This document shows positions 46,269 to 57,514 of a DNA stretch of 64,000 nt, piece by piece. The notes under the pieces are model-generated. The model saw nothing but the letters and a program-made list of their open reading frames with translations, was not told where the DNA came from and did not search any database. Where the stretch lies: positions 17,461 through 81,460 of the forward strand of contig JAGIBK010000008.1 of the NCBI GenBank assembly GCA_017744355.1, in the 5' to 3' direction. The DNA comes from a bacterium. Lineage in GTDB: Bacteria > Cyanobacteriota > Sericytochromatia > S15B-MN24 > UBA4093. Position 1 is the stretch's first letter; each line of letters opens with the position of its first letter. A program made the translations under genes and the position numbers.

Positions 46269-48137
46269 ATGAATCGGAAGCAATCGGTACGCCTGGCAGC
46301 GGGCACGCTCTTGGCCCTCACCCTCACCGGCACGCTCGCCTGCGCGCCGCGCGCGGGCCTCGCGCCGAACACTCCGGACGCGCCCGGCGTGACGGCTGCC
46401 GGCAGCCTCGCGGTGCCCGTGACCCTTCCGAAGCTTCAGGACCGGGGCGTCCAGTACCAGTACAGCAGCGGGTACATCAACGCCCTCGAGGTCCTGCTGG
46501 TCGATAGCCTCGGCCGTCACCAGGCCTACGTGGTCTGCCGGAACCCCGAGAAGGGGGCCGCGGGCGGCTCGACCAACGTCCTCTTCCAGAACGTCGCCCC
46601 CGGCACCGCCTGGATCACCGTGCGCACCACCTACCGCCAGCTCATCGGCGAGAACGAGCGCCTCGTGCCCGTCGAGGGCAAGCCCAGTACCTTCGATCTG
46701 GACGGCGGCCCCACCCGGGTGACGGCTGTCAGCGGCACGCTCAGTGGGCCTGATGCGACCAGCGTCCTGGTCTTCAAAAGCACGGATCTTGGCGGCACCG
46801 CGAACGCCCCCGCGGTCCTCTCCTTCTACGAGAACAACGACGGAGGATCCGAGCTCAACGACGCCTCTGACGTTCACGCGGGGTACGGAGTCGGAGCGGC
46901 GAGCGGCAGCGTCGTTGCCGGCAACGTGACGAGCCTGCCGGTGCAGGTCTCCCAACCTCCGACCTTCGATTCGGCCCTGCTCAACACCACGCGTCACACG
47001 GATGCGGGAACGAACATCACCCTCCCAGTGAAGGATGTTCAAGCTGGCGACCGCGTCGTGGTGGTCCGGACCTCCAACCCCTCGGCGACCAGCGACTTCC
47101 TCGACCTGACCAAGGTCGCAAACTATGACTTCTATCCTCTGACCATCAATAGCAGCACGAGCGTGACCTTCACCCCCACTCGCTCAACGGGCGGGATGGT
47201 CAACTACTACCTCTCGCGCGGCGAGATGGTGAGCAAGATTGGCGCCAGCAACGGGAGCGTCTCGCTGGCCAAGGTCCATGTTCATCCGAAGGTCGTGAGC
47301 TCTGCGACGGTGCGCATCGGGTCTGATGATGGGACCTCGCGCCTGCCGCGCCGAACGGGCGAGACCGATACCGTCTACATTACCTTGCGTGATCAGTACG
47401 GCAACCTCGTCACGGGTGCCGATTTCGGCACCCGCCTGATGGACGGCTTCGTGTGGAGGCCCCTGATGGAGCCTGTCCAGACCCAACTGCTTCCGAATCC
47501 TGATGCCTCGACGCATACTCCTGTGGCCTTCATTCCTGGTTCGACCATCGGGCGTCTCACGACGCCCACAGACGCCAACAACGACGGTATTTGGGAATCT
47601 ACCTTTACCCAGGGGGCGGTCACGCCTACGGCTGGCGGGACTGCGGCTTCATTCACGCTCTTCAACAACACCCGGATCCGAGCGCTCTCGTATCTCCATG
47701 ACACCTCAAACTTGGCGGCGACAACGGCATTTGCCCTTGGAGTGACGGCTGATCCTGTGACTGTCGGGGCTCTCTGGCTCACGCTGTACCGGGGGGCCAA
47801 TGTGGCGGGTGGCACCTTCGTCGCGTCTCGTAGCTACCAGCCGGATCTCAGCGCGCCGGACGATGCTGCGACCTTCAGCATCTCACCCACTAGCAATACG
47901 ACTTACCCTGGATCCATCGCCCCTGAGGGATTGCCCTTGATCATGCGGATGGGACGGAACCTGGGAGCCAACATCACGACAGCGGACAATGACACGCGGA
48001 TCGCGGTCACGGTTGGTGCTCGGGCAGAGCTCGATATCGATCGCCCTGTCTTCCGCATCTATCATCAGAATGCGGACGGCTTCTTGACCCTGAAGAACAC
48101 GATTAACGGTAGTGTGAGCTACTCCTGGAAGCGATAG
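46269..48137 (+). CDS. large lipoprotein, Ig-like repeats, unknown function
   Basis: ATG 46269 after AGGGAG. Lipobox-like LTGTLAC. TVYITLRDQYGNLVTG resembles a Big_1 strand. The part of ORF 46068.. upstream of this ATG is ignored. Confidence 0.65.
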   Translation: MNRKQSVRLAAGTLLALTLTGTLACAPRAGLAPNTPDAPGVTAAGSLAVPVTLPKLQDRGVQYQYSSGYINALEVLLVDSLGRHQAYVVCRNPEKGAAGGSTNVLFQNVAPGTAWITVRTTYRQLIGENERLVPVEGKPSTFDLDGGPTRVTAVSGTLSGPDATSVLVFKSTDLGGTANAPAVLSFYENNDGGSELNDASDVHAGYGVGAASGSVVAGNVTSLPVQVSQPPTFDSALLNTTRHTDAGTNITLPVKDVQAGDRVVVVRTSNPSATSDFLDLTKVANYDFYPLTINSSTSVTFTPTRSTGGMVNYYLSRGEMVSKIGASNGSVSLAKVHVHPKVVSSATVRIGSDDGTSRLPRRTGETDTVYITLRDQYGNLVTGADFGTRLMDGFVWRPLMEPVQTQLLPNPDASTHTPVAFIPGSTIGRLTTPTDANNDGIWESTFTQGAVTPTAGGTAASFTLFNNTRIRALSYLHDTSNLAATTAFALGVTADPVTVGALWLTLYRGANVAGGTFVASRSYQPDLSAPDDAATFSISPTSNTTYPGSIAPEGLPLIMRMGRNLGANITTADNDTRIAVTVGARAELDIDRPVFRIYHQNADGFLTLKNTINGSVSYSWKR

Positions 48138-48228
48138 GCGATCGCACGGATCGATGGCGAGTTGATGTGATCTGCCTCCAACCATAGGCTGCTCGTTTTG
48201 TGAGTCCAGCGGGCGGGGGTAGCGTATT

Positions 48229-49076
48229 TCAGGCGATGGGCCGGTCCTCCAAACCGACCTGAGCAGCGAAGCGTTCGGGTGTTTCGCCGCCGAGTGAACT
48301 GTGGGGTCGAACCCGGTTGTAGTCGAGCCGCCAAAGCTCGATGCGATGCCGGGCCTCGAAGAGGCTGGTGAACAGGTTTTCGTTGAGACACTCGTCCCGG
48401 AACTTCCCGTTGAAGCTCTCGATGTAAGCATTCTCCACGGGCTTACCAGGCCGGATAAAGTGGAGCGTCACTCCTCGAGCGTCTGCCCAGGCGTCCAGTG
48501 TCCGTCCTGCGAACTCCGGGCCGTTGTCCACGGTGATGACCTTGGGCAGTCCGCGCATCTCGGCCAAGCACTCTAGAACGCGTACGACGCGAAGCCCGGG
48601 CAACGAAGTGTCGACTTCGATGGCCAAGCATTCGCGGGTGTAGTCGTCTACGATGTTCAACGTGCGGAAACGCTGCCCGGACCAGAGCGCGTCGAGCGTG
48701 AAGTCCATGCTCCAGCGTTCATTGGCCCGCTGCGGGGCGTCCGGGATGACCCGCGCGCCAGCCACTAGCTTCTTCCTGCGCTTTCGCCTGACGGCAAGCC
48801 CTTCCTCTCGGTAGATCCTGAGCACGCGCTTGTGGTTGAGGATGAAGCCCTCGCGCTTGAGCAGAGTGTGAAGGCGCCGATAGCCGAAGCGTGGGCGTTG
48901 CGCCACAAACTCCTTGAGCTTTTCACGCACGGCGCCATCGTCGCGCTTTTTTGCGCGCTGATAGAACACCGAGCGGGCCAACCCAACCAGGCCGCAAGCC
49001 TTGCTTTTGCTGAGACGGTGGGCGCGTGCTATATGCTTGACCATCTCTCGCTTGGTTTGCGCCCTACCACTTTTTT
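48229..49076 (-). CDS. IS3 transposase OrfB (rve/DDE integrase core), expressed as an OrfAB fusion by a -1 frameshift
   Basis: [30 protein letters not shown] (D, D, E), and C-terminal [11 protein letters not shown]. Confidence 0.85.
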
Positions 49077-49330
49077 CCAAGCACGTCCTTAAGGGCCACA
49101 ATATCCAGGGCTTGGTCCGCAACGATCCGCTTGAGATGGCGGTTTTCCTCTTCGAGGGCTCGCAACCGCTGTGCCTCACCGATTTCCATACCGCCGTATT
49201 TCGCCTTCCAACGGTAGAAGGTCTGCTCGGTAATGCCCTGCTGGCGGCAGATGTCGGCTGTCTTGATGCCACGTTCGACCTCTTTGAGGAGGCCAATGAT
49301 TTGCTCTTCTGTGAAACGACTTTTCCGCAT
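49064..49330 (-). CDS. IS3 transposase OrfA (HTH)
   Basis: [45 protein letters not shown]. Leucine-zipper region. Ends ...GKKW. Confidence 0.85.
   Translation of the reverse strand: MRKSRFTEEQIIGLLKEVERGIKTADICRQQGITEQTFYRWKAKYGGMEIGEAQRLRALEEENRHLKRIVADQALDIVALKDVLGKKW
49070..49076 (-). other. programmed -1 ribosomal frameshift heptamer A AAA AAG
   Basis: GGAAAAAAGTGGTAG at the end of orfA. The orfB frame is open across this site. Confidence 0.7.
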
Positions 49331-49561
49331 GGGGTGTCCTCCTCGGATCACGTACCCGTGCAGACTCACTTTTCAAGTTGTCCATTCTCGTGGGAGCAGG
49401 TCAAGGCGACAACAAGCTGAACATGGCCCCTTGCTGAAGATCGTACCCTTTCATCCCACCCTCACGAGCAGATCCGCTGCCGTTTCTGCTTCATGCCACC
49501 GCGTAGCAAGCGTCCAGGCCATGGTCTGAGTTTTTCAGCACCTGTTAAGGAGACACGCATG

Positions 49562-49620
49562 GGGGGCGGGCTGGTTATTAGTAAAATCAGCCTGCCCCCT
49601 TATTCATTTATTTTTTCGAG
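49562..49620 (+). terminator. hairpin plus T-rich tract at the high-GC to low-GC boundary (terminator-like on the plus strand)
   Basis: 12-bp stem GGGGGCGGGCTG / CAGCCTGCCCCC (one G-T pair), 14-nt loop, then TTATTCATTTATTTTTTCG. No plus-strand gene lies upstream. Confidence 0.4.
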
Positions 49621-51744
49621 CTATCTGGGAACTATTTTGAATAAATGGTTCTTTGTAGTGAAATATGGGGTATCTGTTTTATCAACTGCAACTGCTAATG
49701 TGCTATGTAGAGTAACGGGACTACTTCCCCAATTCTGGTCATAAATGCCATTTCCTCTTCCTGCTATCGTGCTTACGAATCCATCCGGATAAATCTTTCT
49801 AATAGTTGCATCCCAATCCGTAGTTATTGCATTGTCTGCCACATACAGGTTTCCAATGCTGTCAGCTGCTATTGAAACCGGCTTAGTAAAACTTGCCTGG
49901 AAACCATTAGCTTTTCCTACTAGCCCAGTCCCAGCTACAGTTGATACTTCACCAGAAGGTGTGATGACTCGAATGTATAATCCTTCTTCTGCAATGAATA
50001 TATTTCCATTCTTGTCAATAGTAAGTGATGTGGGTCTGTCAAATTTAGCAATTTCTTTTTTGCCGTCTAGATGGCCCCTGGTTCCGTCTCCTGCAAATGT
50101 TGAAACGGCTAAATTAGGCGCGATTTTTCTGATTCTGTTGTTATCTGTATCGGCAACATAGATGTTTCCACTATTGTCAATTGCAATTCCTTTTGGGTTA
50201 TTGAATCTCGCACTTGTTCCATTTCCATCTAAGAATCCACCTTGATACGACGAAGGTCCATAGTTGCCCCAGGTCAATGGATTGCCTCCGCCAGCAATTG
50301 TGGTAACTGTCCCATCAGGGAATACTTTCCGAATTCGCTGGTTGTTTGAATCAGCAACATATATATTTTCGGAATTATCAAGTGCGATAGCATATGGCAT
50401 GCTGTAAAGCGCAGAAGATCCAACGCCATCCTTGTATCCCCAATATGAAGAACCAGTAGTATAGATATTTTGAGATAGATTTTGACTCCATCTTTTAACA
50501 TACTGATGGAAGTCCATATCTGCAGAAGAATGGTTAACCTCTGATGTATATATTTCGCCACTTTCGGAAATTGTTAATCCAGTTGGACTCCAGAAAATTG
50601 ACGTTGCATTATTTGGGGTTTTTATGTCATTTAAGTATTTTCCAACGTATTCAACGGTTGGTTGGCTTGCCGTATTGTGACTATAGTCGACATTTATTTT
50701 GCTAATGCTGTTACTAAGATAGTTTGCAATCAAGATGTTTCCATCTCTGCCGCAAGTTATGCTTACTGGCTCTGAACCCGTCGGGTAGGTTCCTATGATC
50801 AATCCATTTCGGGATAGTCTTGTGACATTGGCATTGTATTTGTTCAACACCCATGCACAGCCACTGCGGTCAATAGTGATTCCAAATGACGAATTTCCTG
50901 CTTTATATGTGTATATTTTTCCGTCAGGTGATATTTTTGTAACTGATGAATACCTCTCGGCTCCAATTTTGCTATATGCTGAAACCCATGCGTTTCCATA
51001 ATCATCGACGATAATAGCATTTGCTATTGGCGTTGAGTAGCTGTCTCTACTTTGAGACAGGATTGATTCGAGAGGGTATTTGGTTACGGTTTGTTCATTA
51101 TTTGTTAGTTTATATATCCCTGAATTTGATGTGCTGCTATATAGCCAAACATTGTTACTTTTATCGATATATACCCTGTTCAGGCTTGGGTTTGGTTTTG
51201 TTATTGTGCTTAATAGCTGCTTTAAATTTGAATATTTATATAGATAATTGTTCCCAGATTCGCTAATAAAATAAATCATGCCATTTGATTGTCGAATGTC
51301 GAAGCTAGAGCCGACGGCTGGTAGCGTAATACCTGAGCCGTTCGCAAGACCTGGGGCGCCTAAATTTCTAAGTACGTTGGAGTCTTGCTCTAGCGCCCAA
51401 ATATTTCCGCTGGGATCAAACTTGAAGTAACCATTAGTAACGCCTCGTGCAACCTTAGTTAAATACGGATAACGTCCATCAGGGTTTAGCCTTATAATGG
51501 ACATTCCTATATCAGTTTTGCATGAGATATATATATAGCCATTATCGCTTCTTTGTGTAATATATTGCGGATATTCGCTAGTATTATAAGTCTCTGTATT
51601 GTCTCCTGTAGTGTCTCCTATGGCTAAGGTTGCATATTGCTTGTTATTTTCTGGCTTGCTAGTTTGAATAGTTTCAATGGTATTTGCTTGATAACAAGAT
51701 GTTGTAATAATGGTAATAATTGACATTAATAATAATTTATTCAT
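49621..51744 (-). CDS. low-GC NHL-repeat / double beta-propeller lipoprotein (foreign composition)
   Basis: Lipobox IITTSC. C-terminal NHL repeats (PYAIALDNSENIYVADSNNQRIRKV, PKGIAIDNSGNIYVADTDNNRIRKI, PTSLTIDKNGNIFIAEE, PVSIAADSIGNLYVADN). The N-terminal half has D..GN.W-type propeller repeats. A/T-rich codons, unlike all neighbouring genes. Confidence 0.8.
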   Translation of the reverse strand: MNKLLLMSIITIITTSCYQANTIETIQTSKPENNKQYATLAIGDTTGDNTETYNTSEYPQYITQRSDNGYIYISCKTDIGMSIIRLNPDGRYPYLTKVARGVTNGYFKFDPSGNIWALEQDSNVLRNLGAPGLANGSGITLPAVGSSFDIRQSNGMIYFISESGNNYLYKYSNLKQLLSTITKPNPSLNRVYIDKSNNVWLYSSTSNSGIYKLTNNEQTVTKYPLESILSQSRDSYSTPIANAIIVDDYGNAWVSAYSKIGAERYSSVTKISPDGKIYTYKAGNSSFGITIDRSGCAWVLNKYNANVTRLSRNGLIIGTYPTGSEPVSITCGRDGNILIANYLSNSISKINVDYSHNTASQPTVEYVGKYLNDIKTPNNATSIFWSPTGLTISESGEIYTSEVNHSSADMDFHQYVKRWSQNLSQNIYTTGSSYWGYKDGVGSSALYSMPYAIALDNSENIYVADSNNQRIRKVFPDGTVTTIAGGGNPLTWGNYGPSSYQGGFLDGNGTSARFNNPKGIAIDNSGNIYVADTDNNRIRKIAPNLAVSTFAGDGTRGHLDGKKEIAKFDRPTSLTIDKNGNIFIAEEGLYIRVITPSGEVSTVAGTGLVGKANGFQASFTKPVSIAADSIGNLYVADNAITTDWDATIRKIYPDGFVSTIAGRGNGIYDQNWGSSPVTLHSTLAVAVDKTDTPYFTTKNHLFKIVPR

Positions 51745-52224
51745 TTTTTCCTCTCTGTTGATTTAGTTGCAATTTCCAATACAATTATATTGTACTATGC
51801 CATCCTAAAAAACAAAAACCATAATCATAATATTTCAAGAGTTACGCAGGGTAGGTTGAACGCAGCCACCTTAGCGAGGTCAGGTGGCGGGGAGCATGAA
51901 AGTGACTTGCCGGCGAGAGAGCGGACGCCCCTCTGCAGGATGATCTTGCGCTTCCTGCCCACCCCTGCCGCGATCTGGGAGTAGTCACTTTGGCGCCGAA
52001 GGCACCATGCGATCGCCCCGAAGGCTCGATGAACCAAGGATGGCCGGCCCATTGCCTTGCGATCGCCTGGATCGAAGGCGCCTTGGTGGATGACCACCTC
52101 TATCAGCGCGTTCGCTCCCCGCATAAGTCGCTTTCCGCAATAATGGACTGATCGTCCGCTTGTCCTGTGGGTATAACCTCTCATGACGCTGGCTTGACCG
52201 TTTAGCCCGCCCAGGGAGGTTCCC

Positions 52225-53994
52225 ATGAAGCTCATGCGCGAAGGAATGGAGCGGCTGCAGTCGCTCGTGCGCCAAAAGGCCGAGAACCTGACCACCAAGG
52301 TCGCCCGTGAGGGGGCCGAGAAGGTGGGCAAGGAAGGCGCCGAGAAAGTAGCCAAGGGCTTCGCCGACGAGGTCCTCTCGGTCTCGAACACCGCGCGCAA
52401 GCTCGCCCAGGTCAAGGCCGATCCCGAGATCGCCAACCTGGCCTTCAAGGTCGCCGCCGAGCAGGGTGGCCTCAAGGGCGGACACCTTTCCAAGCAGGTC
52501 ATGGAGGATGCGGCCGGCCAGCGCTGGATGTTCAAGGCCGTGCCCAAGGGCGAAGAGTACCGGGCGCTCGGGGATAAGGCCGGTGGCGACATCCTGCGTG
52601 CGGTCGGCATCTCCACTCCGCAGGTCCACCTGACGACCCAGGTGATGGATGGTCGTCCCCAGTTCGGAACCATCCAGAAGCTGGTCGACCACTCGGGCCA
52701 GAAGCTGCCGAGTGATGCCACCAAGCTCTCGCGCCAGCAGCTCGACGAGCTGACCGAGTCGCACGTGGGCCGCTGGCTCATCTCGGACCACGACGGCAAG
52801 GTCGAGAACTTCCTGGTCCGCAAGGGCGGCGGGGTCGAGACCATCGATCTCGGCCAGATGTACCGCTTCTTCCCCGAGGACTCCCTCGATCGCCTTTACC
52901 AGCCGAACGCCAAGAAGCCCATCTTCAACGAGATGTGGGACGGCTACGTCTCGGGCAAGATCGACCTGAACTTCCAGAAGGGCCTGGACCAGGTCGCCAA
53001 GGTCGAGGCCCTGGCGGATGACGAGTTCGTGAAGCTGCTTCGCCCCTACGCCGAGACGCGCTACGCTCAGGCGGGGCCGATCCCCACCATGAAGACCGTC
53101 GACGAGTTCATGCAGTCGGCCCTGAATCGCAAGCAGAACCTCCGCGACGACATGCTCGGCTTCTACGATTCGCTCGCCAAGGAGCGCGGCCTCTCGGGCG
53201 TGGAAGAAGCCCTCGGCTCCTACGCCTCCCAGCACGCCGACGACATCCGTCGCGTAGGCCTCCAGCCTGTCCAGAAGCTCCATCCTCGGGTCGCGGAAGC
53301 CTTCGCCACGAGCCGTGCCAACGCCGCCCGCTACAAGGAGGAGACCATCCAGGTCCTCACCGAGAAGTTCGGGAACCGCACGGTGGCCGAGCAGAAGTAC
53401 AAGGCGATCTACGAGAAGGTCCGCAAGGACATGTTCATCGCCGCTAACTACCCCAACAGCGCCCTGACGACCGCCATCAAGGAAGGCCGCATTCGCTCGC
53501 TCTACGACTTCCCGATCAAGGAGCAGATCGAGAGCAAGGGCGTCGGCTACGTCGCCGGGCGCCACTTCGCGGACCTGCGTCTCGGCCTTCACGGCGACAA
53601 CCCCCTCTACGTCACGGTGGGCGGCAACAAGAAGTACGCCAAGGACATCGCCAAGTACGGCGACACCATGGTCCGCTACAAGGAGGCCGAGCTCGCGGGC
53701 AAGGTCCTCTATTCGGATGGCAACCACAACTTCTATGCCAAGAACATGCTGAACGCCAAGTCGAAGTTCGAGAGCCAGCGCTTCACCTACTTCGACGTGC
53801 CGCACCTGACGGTCAACCGCATCGTGAAGGAGGGCCTGGATCCCAAGGAGGCCAGCCACCTGATCGAGGGCATCGTCTACGGAGGGATCGATCCACGCAC
53901 CGCGGCGGAGGCCATCAAGCCCCTGCGCGCGGAGGCCTCGAAGGAGGCGCTCCTCGAAATGGCGAAGGACGCCAACATCTCCATCTTGCCGTGA
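52225..53994 (+). CDS. PI3/PI4-kinase-like (atypical kinase fold) protein with an unknown ~300-aa C-terminal region
   Basis: RBS GGGAGG. QRWMFKAVPKGEE (Lys, nt 52534), WLISDHDGKVENFLV (D-x-H...N catalytic-loop-like, nt 52786-52809), VETIDLGQ (IDxG, nt 52843-52854). Function is inferred from motifs only. Confidence 0.6.
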   Translation: MKLMREGMERLQSLVRQKAENLTTKVAREGAEKVGKEGAEKVAKGFADEVLSVSNTARKLAQVKADPEIANLAFKVAAEQGGLKGGHLSKQVMEDAAGQRWMFKAVPKGEEYRALGDKAGGDILRAVGISTPQVHLTTQVMDGRPQFGTIQKLVDHSGQKLPSDATKLSRQQLDELTESHVGRWLISDHDGKVENFLVRKGGGVETIDLGQMYRFFPEDSLDRLYQPNAKKPIFNEMWDGYVSGKIDLNFQKGLDQVAKVEALADDEFVKLLRPYAETRYAQAGPIPTMKTVDEFMQSALNRKQNLRDDMLGFYDSLAKERGLSGVEEALGSYASQHADDIRRVGLQPVQKLHPRVAEAFATSRANAARYKEETIQVLTEKFGNRTVAEQKYKAIYEKVRKDMFIAANYPNSALTTAIKEGRIRSLYDFPIKEQIESKGVGYVAGRHFADLRLGLHGDNPLYVTVGGNKKYAKDIAKYGDTMVRYKEAELAGKVLYSDGNHNFYAKNMLNAKSKFESQRFTYFDVPHLTVNRIVKEGLDPKEASHLIEGIVYGGIDPRTAAEAIKPLRAEASKEALLEMAKDANISILP

Positions 53995-54004
53995 GGTTCC
54001 ATGC

Positions 54005-54037
54005 GAAAGGCCGCACCCCCAAGGGGTGCGGCCTTTC
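54005..54037. terminator. bidirectional terminator between the kinase-like gene and ftsH
   Basis: 15-bp perfect stem GAAAGGCCGCACCCC / GGGGTGCGGCCTTTC. Confidence 0.8.
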
Positions 54038-54052
54038 TGCTGGGTGGATGGC

Positions 54053-55901
<1,849 letters not shown>

Positions 55902-55918
<17 letters not shown>

Positions 55919-57311
55919 GGTATGGGTCGCCCCAGGCATTGTCAAACCACGCTTGCCTCTCGCGAATCGCCTTCACGACCTGCTGCGTCGCCGGACCGAT
56001 CGGAGCCTGGGCCCCTCGCCTCACTCCCACGATCCAGAGCACGTCGTTACCGGTGGCGAGTACGAGTTGGCGCTCCATGAGCGGACGTGCCACCCGCTGC
56101 TTGGAGAGAAACTGAGCGAGGGGACGCGAGGTCCCACGGCCCCAGGGGGTGAAGCGATCGGTGTCGGGTCGTGCGAGGCGCCATACCAGGTCGGTGGGCA
56201 GGCGATCAGCATCGAAGGCCTCTTCCGGGCCGAGGGACTGGGGGCTCTCGGCGGCCAGCTTCAAGCTGAGCAGGGCGCCCGCAAGCTCGATCGTTTCACC
56301 CGGGCGCGCCGGCACCGGGGCGGGCGCTTCGATCGCCCGGTACAGGAGCAGTAGCCCGTGTCGCGCCTCGGCGCGCAGCCCGTCGCCCACGTCTACCCCT
56401 TCGCCCGCCTCGCGGATCCGCTCCAGGCGCAGGGCGCTCAGGCCGCGGTGGGTGCCCTGCACGTGGGCGTAGGCCTGGGCCAGGATGCGGCGCTGGAGCG
56501 CCGGGTGCAGGGCCGTAAGGCCGGCTTCCTCCAGGCCGATCAGGCCGGGGGCCTGGTGCCGCAAGAGCGGCCGGATCGCTTCGCGGGCCTGATGTCGTAA
56601 ATAGTCGTCCTCGTCGGCGAGCACGGCGAGGTTCGCCCCCAGGGTGCGGTGAATGGAGGGGTTGAGCGTCCGCAGCGCCGGGGTTACCTCGTGACGCAGC
56701 CGGTTGCGAGGGATGGCGGCGTCACGGTTGCTCTCGTCCTCGAACCACGCGAGCCCGTGGCTTTCGAGATAGGCCTCGATGGTGGCGCGCGCGACGCCCA
56801 GCAAGGGGCGTACGATCCGGGGCCCCTCGTGCTGTGGGCGTGTCGCCGGAATGCCCAGCAAGCCCGGCAGGGCAGAGCCCTTGGTCAGGCGCATGAGGAC
56901 GGTTTCGAGCTGGTCGTCGGCGTGATGCCCCAGCGCCAAGTGGGTCGCGTTGCTCGTCTCGGCCAGCGCATTGAGCGCGGCGTAGCGGGCGTCGCGGGCG
57001 GCCTCTTCGGGGCTCTGACCCGGGCTTGGACGGGCTTCGACTCGCGCGATCCGGAATTGGAGGCCCCAGCGGGCCATGAGGTGGGTCAGCTGCTCGGCCT
57101 CGGCGTCCGCCGCCGCGCGCAGGCCGTGGTGGATGTAGGCGGCCTCGATGTGCCAGCCTCGCTCCGGCGCCAGGCTCCACAGGGCGTGGGTGAGGGCGAG
57201 CGAGTCGGCTCCGCCCGAGCAGCCGACGAGGATGCGCGCGGCGGGCGGGAAGAAGCCGTGGCGGGCGCTCATGGAGAGGATACTGGAAAGAAGCGACTCG
57301 GGGGGCGTCAT
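55902..57311 (-). CDS. tilS: tRNA(Ile)-lysidine synthase
   Basis: PP-loop ILVGCSGGADSLAL. AHHADDQLETVLMRL. Its 3' end overlaps the ftsH start by 17 nt. Confidence 0.9.
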
Positions 57312-57514
57312 GGGCTTTCTCGAACCATCGGAAGGGCGAATCCACCGGGAAGGCGAGCGCCGTGCGGCTTTAGTTCGGTTTCAGGTCGGCTTTATTCTCG
57401 CACTAAATCGCCAGCGGTGCCTCCCCTGGATTGTTTCAAGGCAATAAACCGTTTGTTTTCCTTGCGAGGGGCGACCAGGAGCCAAATAGCATCCGATTGA
57501 TTGACGAAAATAAG

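Larger units (their letters stand above)
48168..49403 (-). mobile_element. IS3-family insertion sequence (IS407-group-like), apparently intact
   Basis: Imperfect terminal inverted repeats TGATCTGCCTCCA (48168-) and TGACCTGCTCCCA (reverse complement from 49403). orfA/orfB are linked by an A6G slippery site, and the DDE motifs are present. Boundaries are accurate to within a few bp. Confidence 0.8.

Noticed and set aside
49562-49599. Hairpin arms (CAGCC[C/T]GCCCCC) resembling the IS407-type terminal repeat TGACCTGC(C/T)CCC, as a possible solo-IR or MITE remnant
   Set aside because: The similarity covers only ~10 nt of a GC-rich string, the orientation does not fit a simple remnant, and it cannot be tested without other copies. 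It is reported only as a terminator-like hairpin.
51860-52224. Possible pseudogene or recombinase remnant between the low-GC island and the kinase-like gene
   Set aside because: Translations in all frames showed no recognisable transposase or integrase motifs. The composition and the two GCGATCGC sites look native. It is treated as intergenic/5' UTR.
51825-53859. Two long - strand ORFs (51825..52844 and 51985..53859) overlapping the kinase-like gene
   Set aside because: They are antisense shadow ORFs. Only the + frame has a ribosome-binding site, sensible composition and recognisable motifs.
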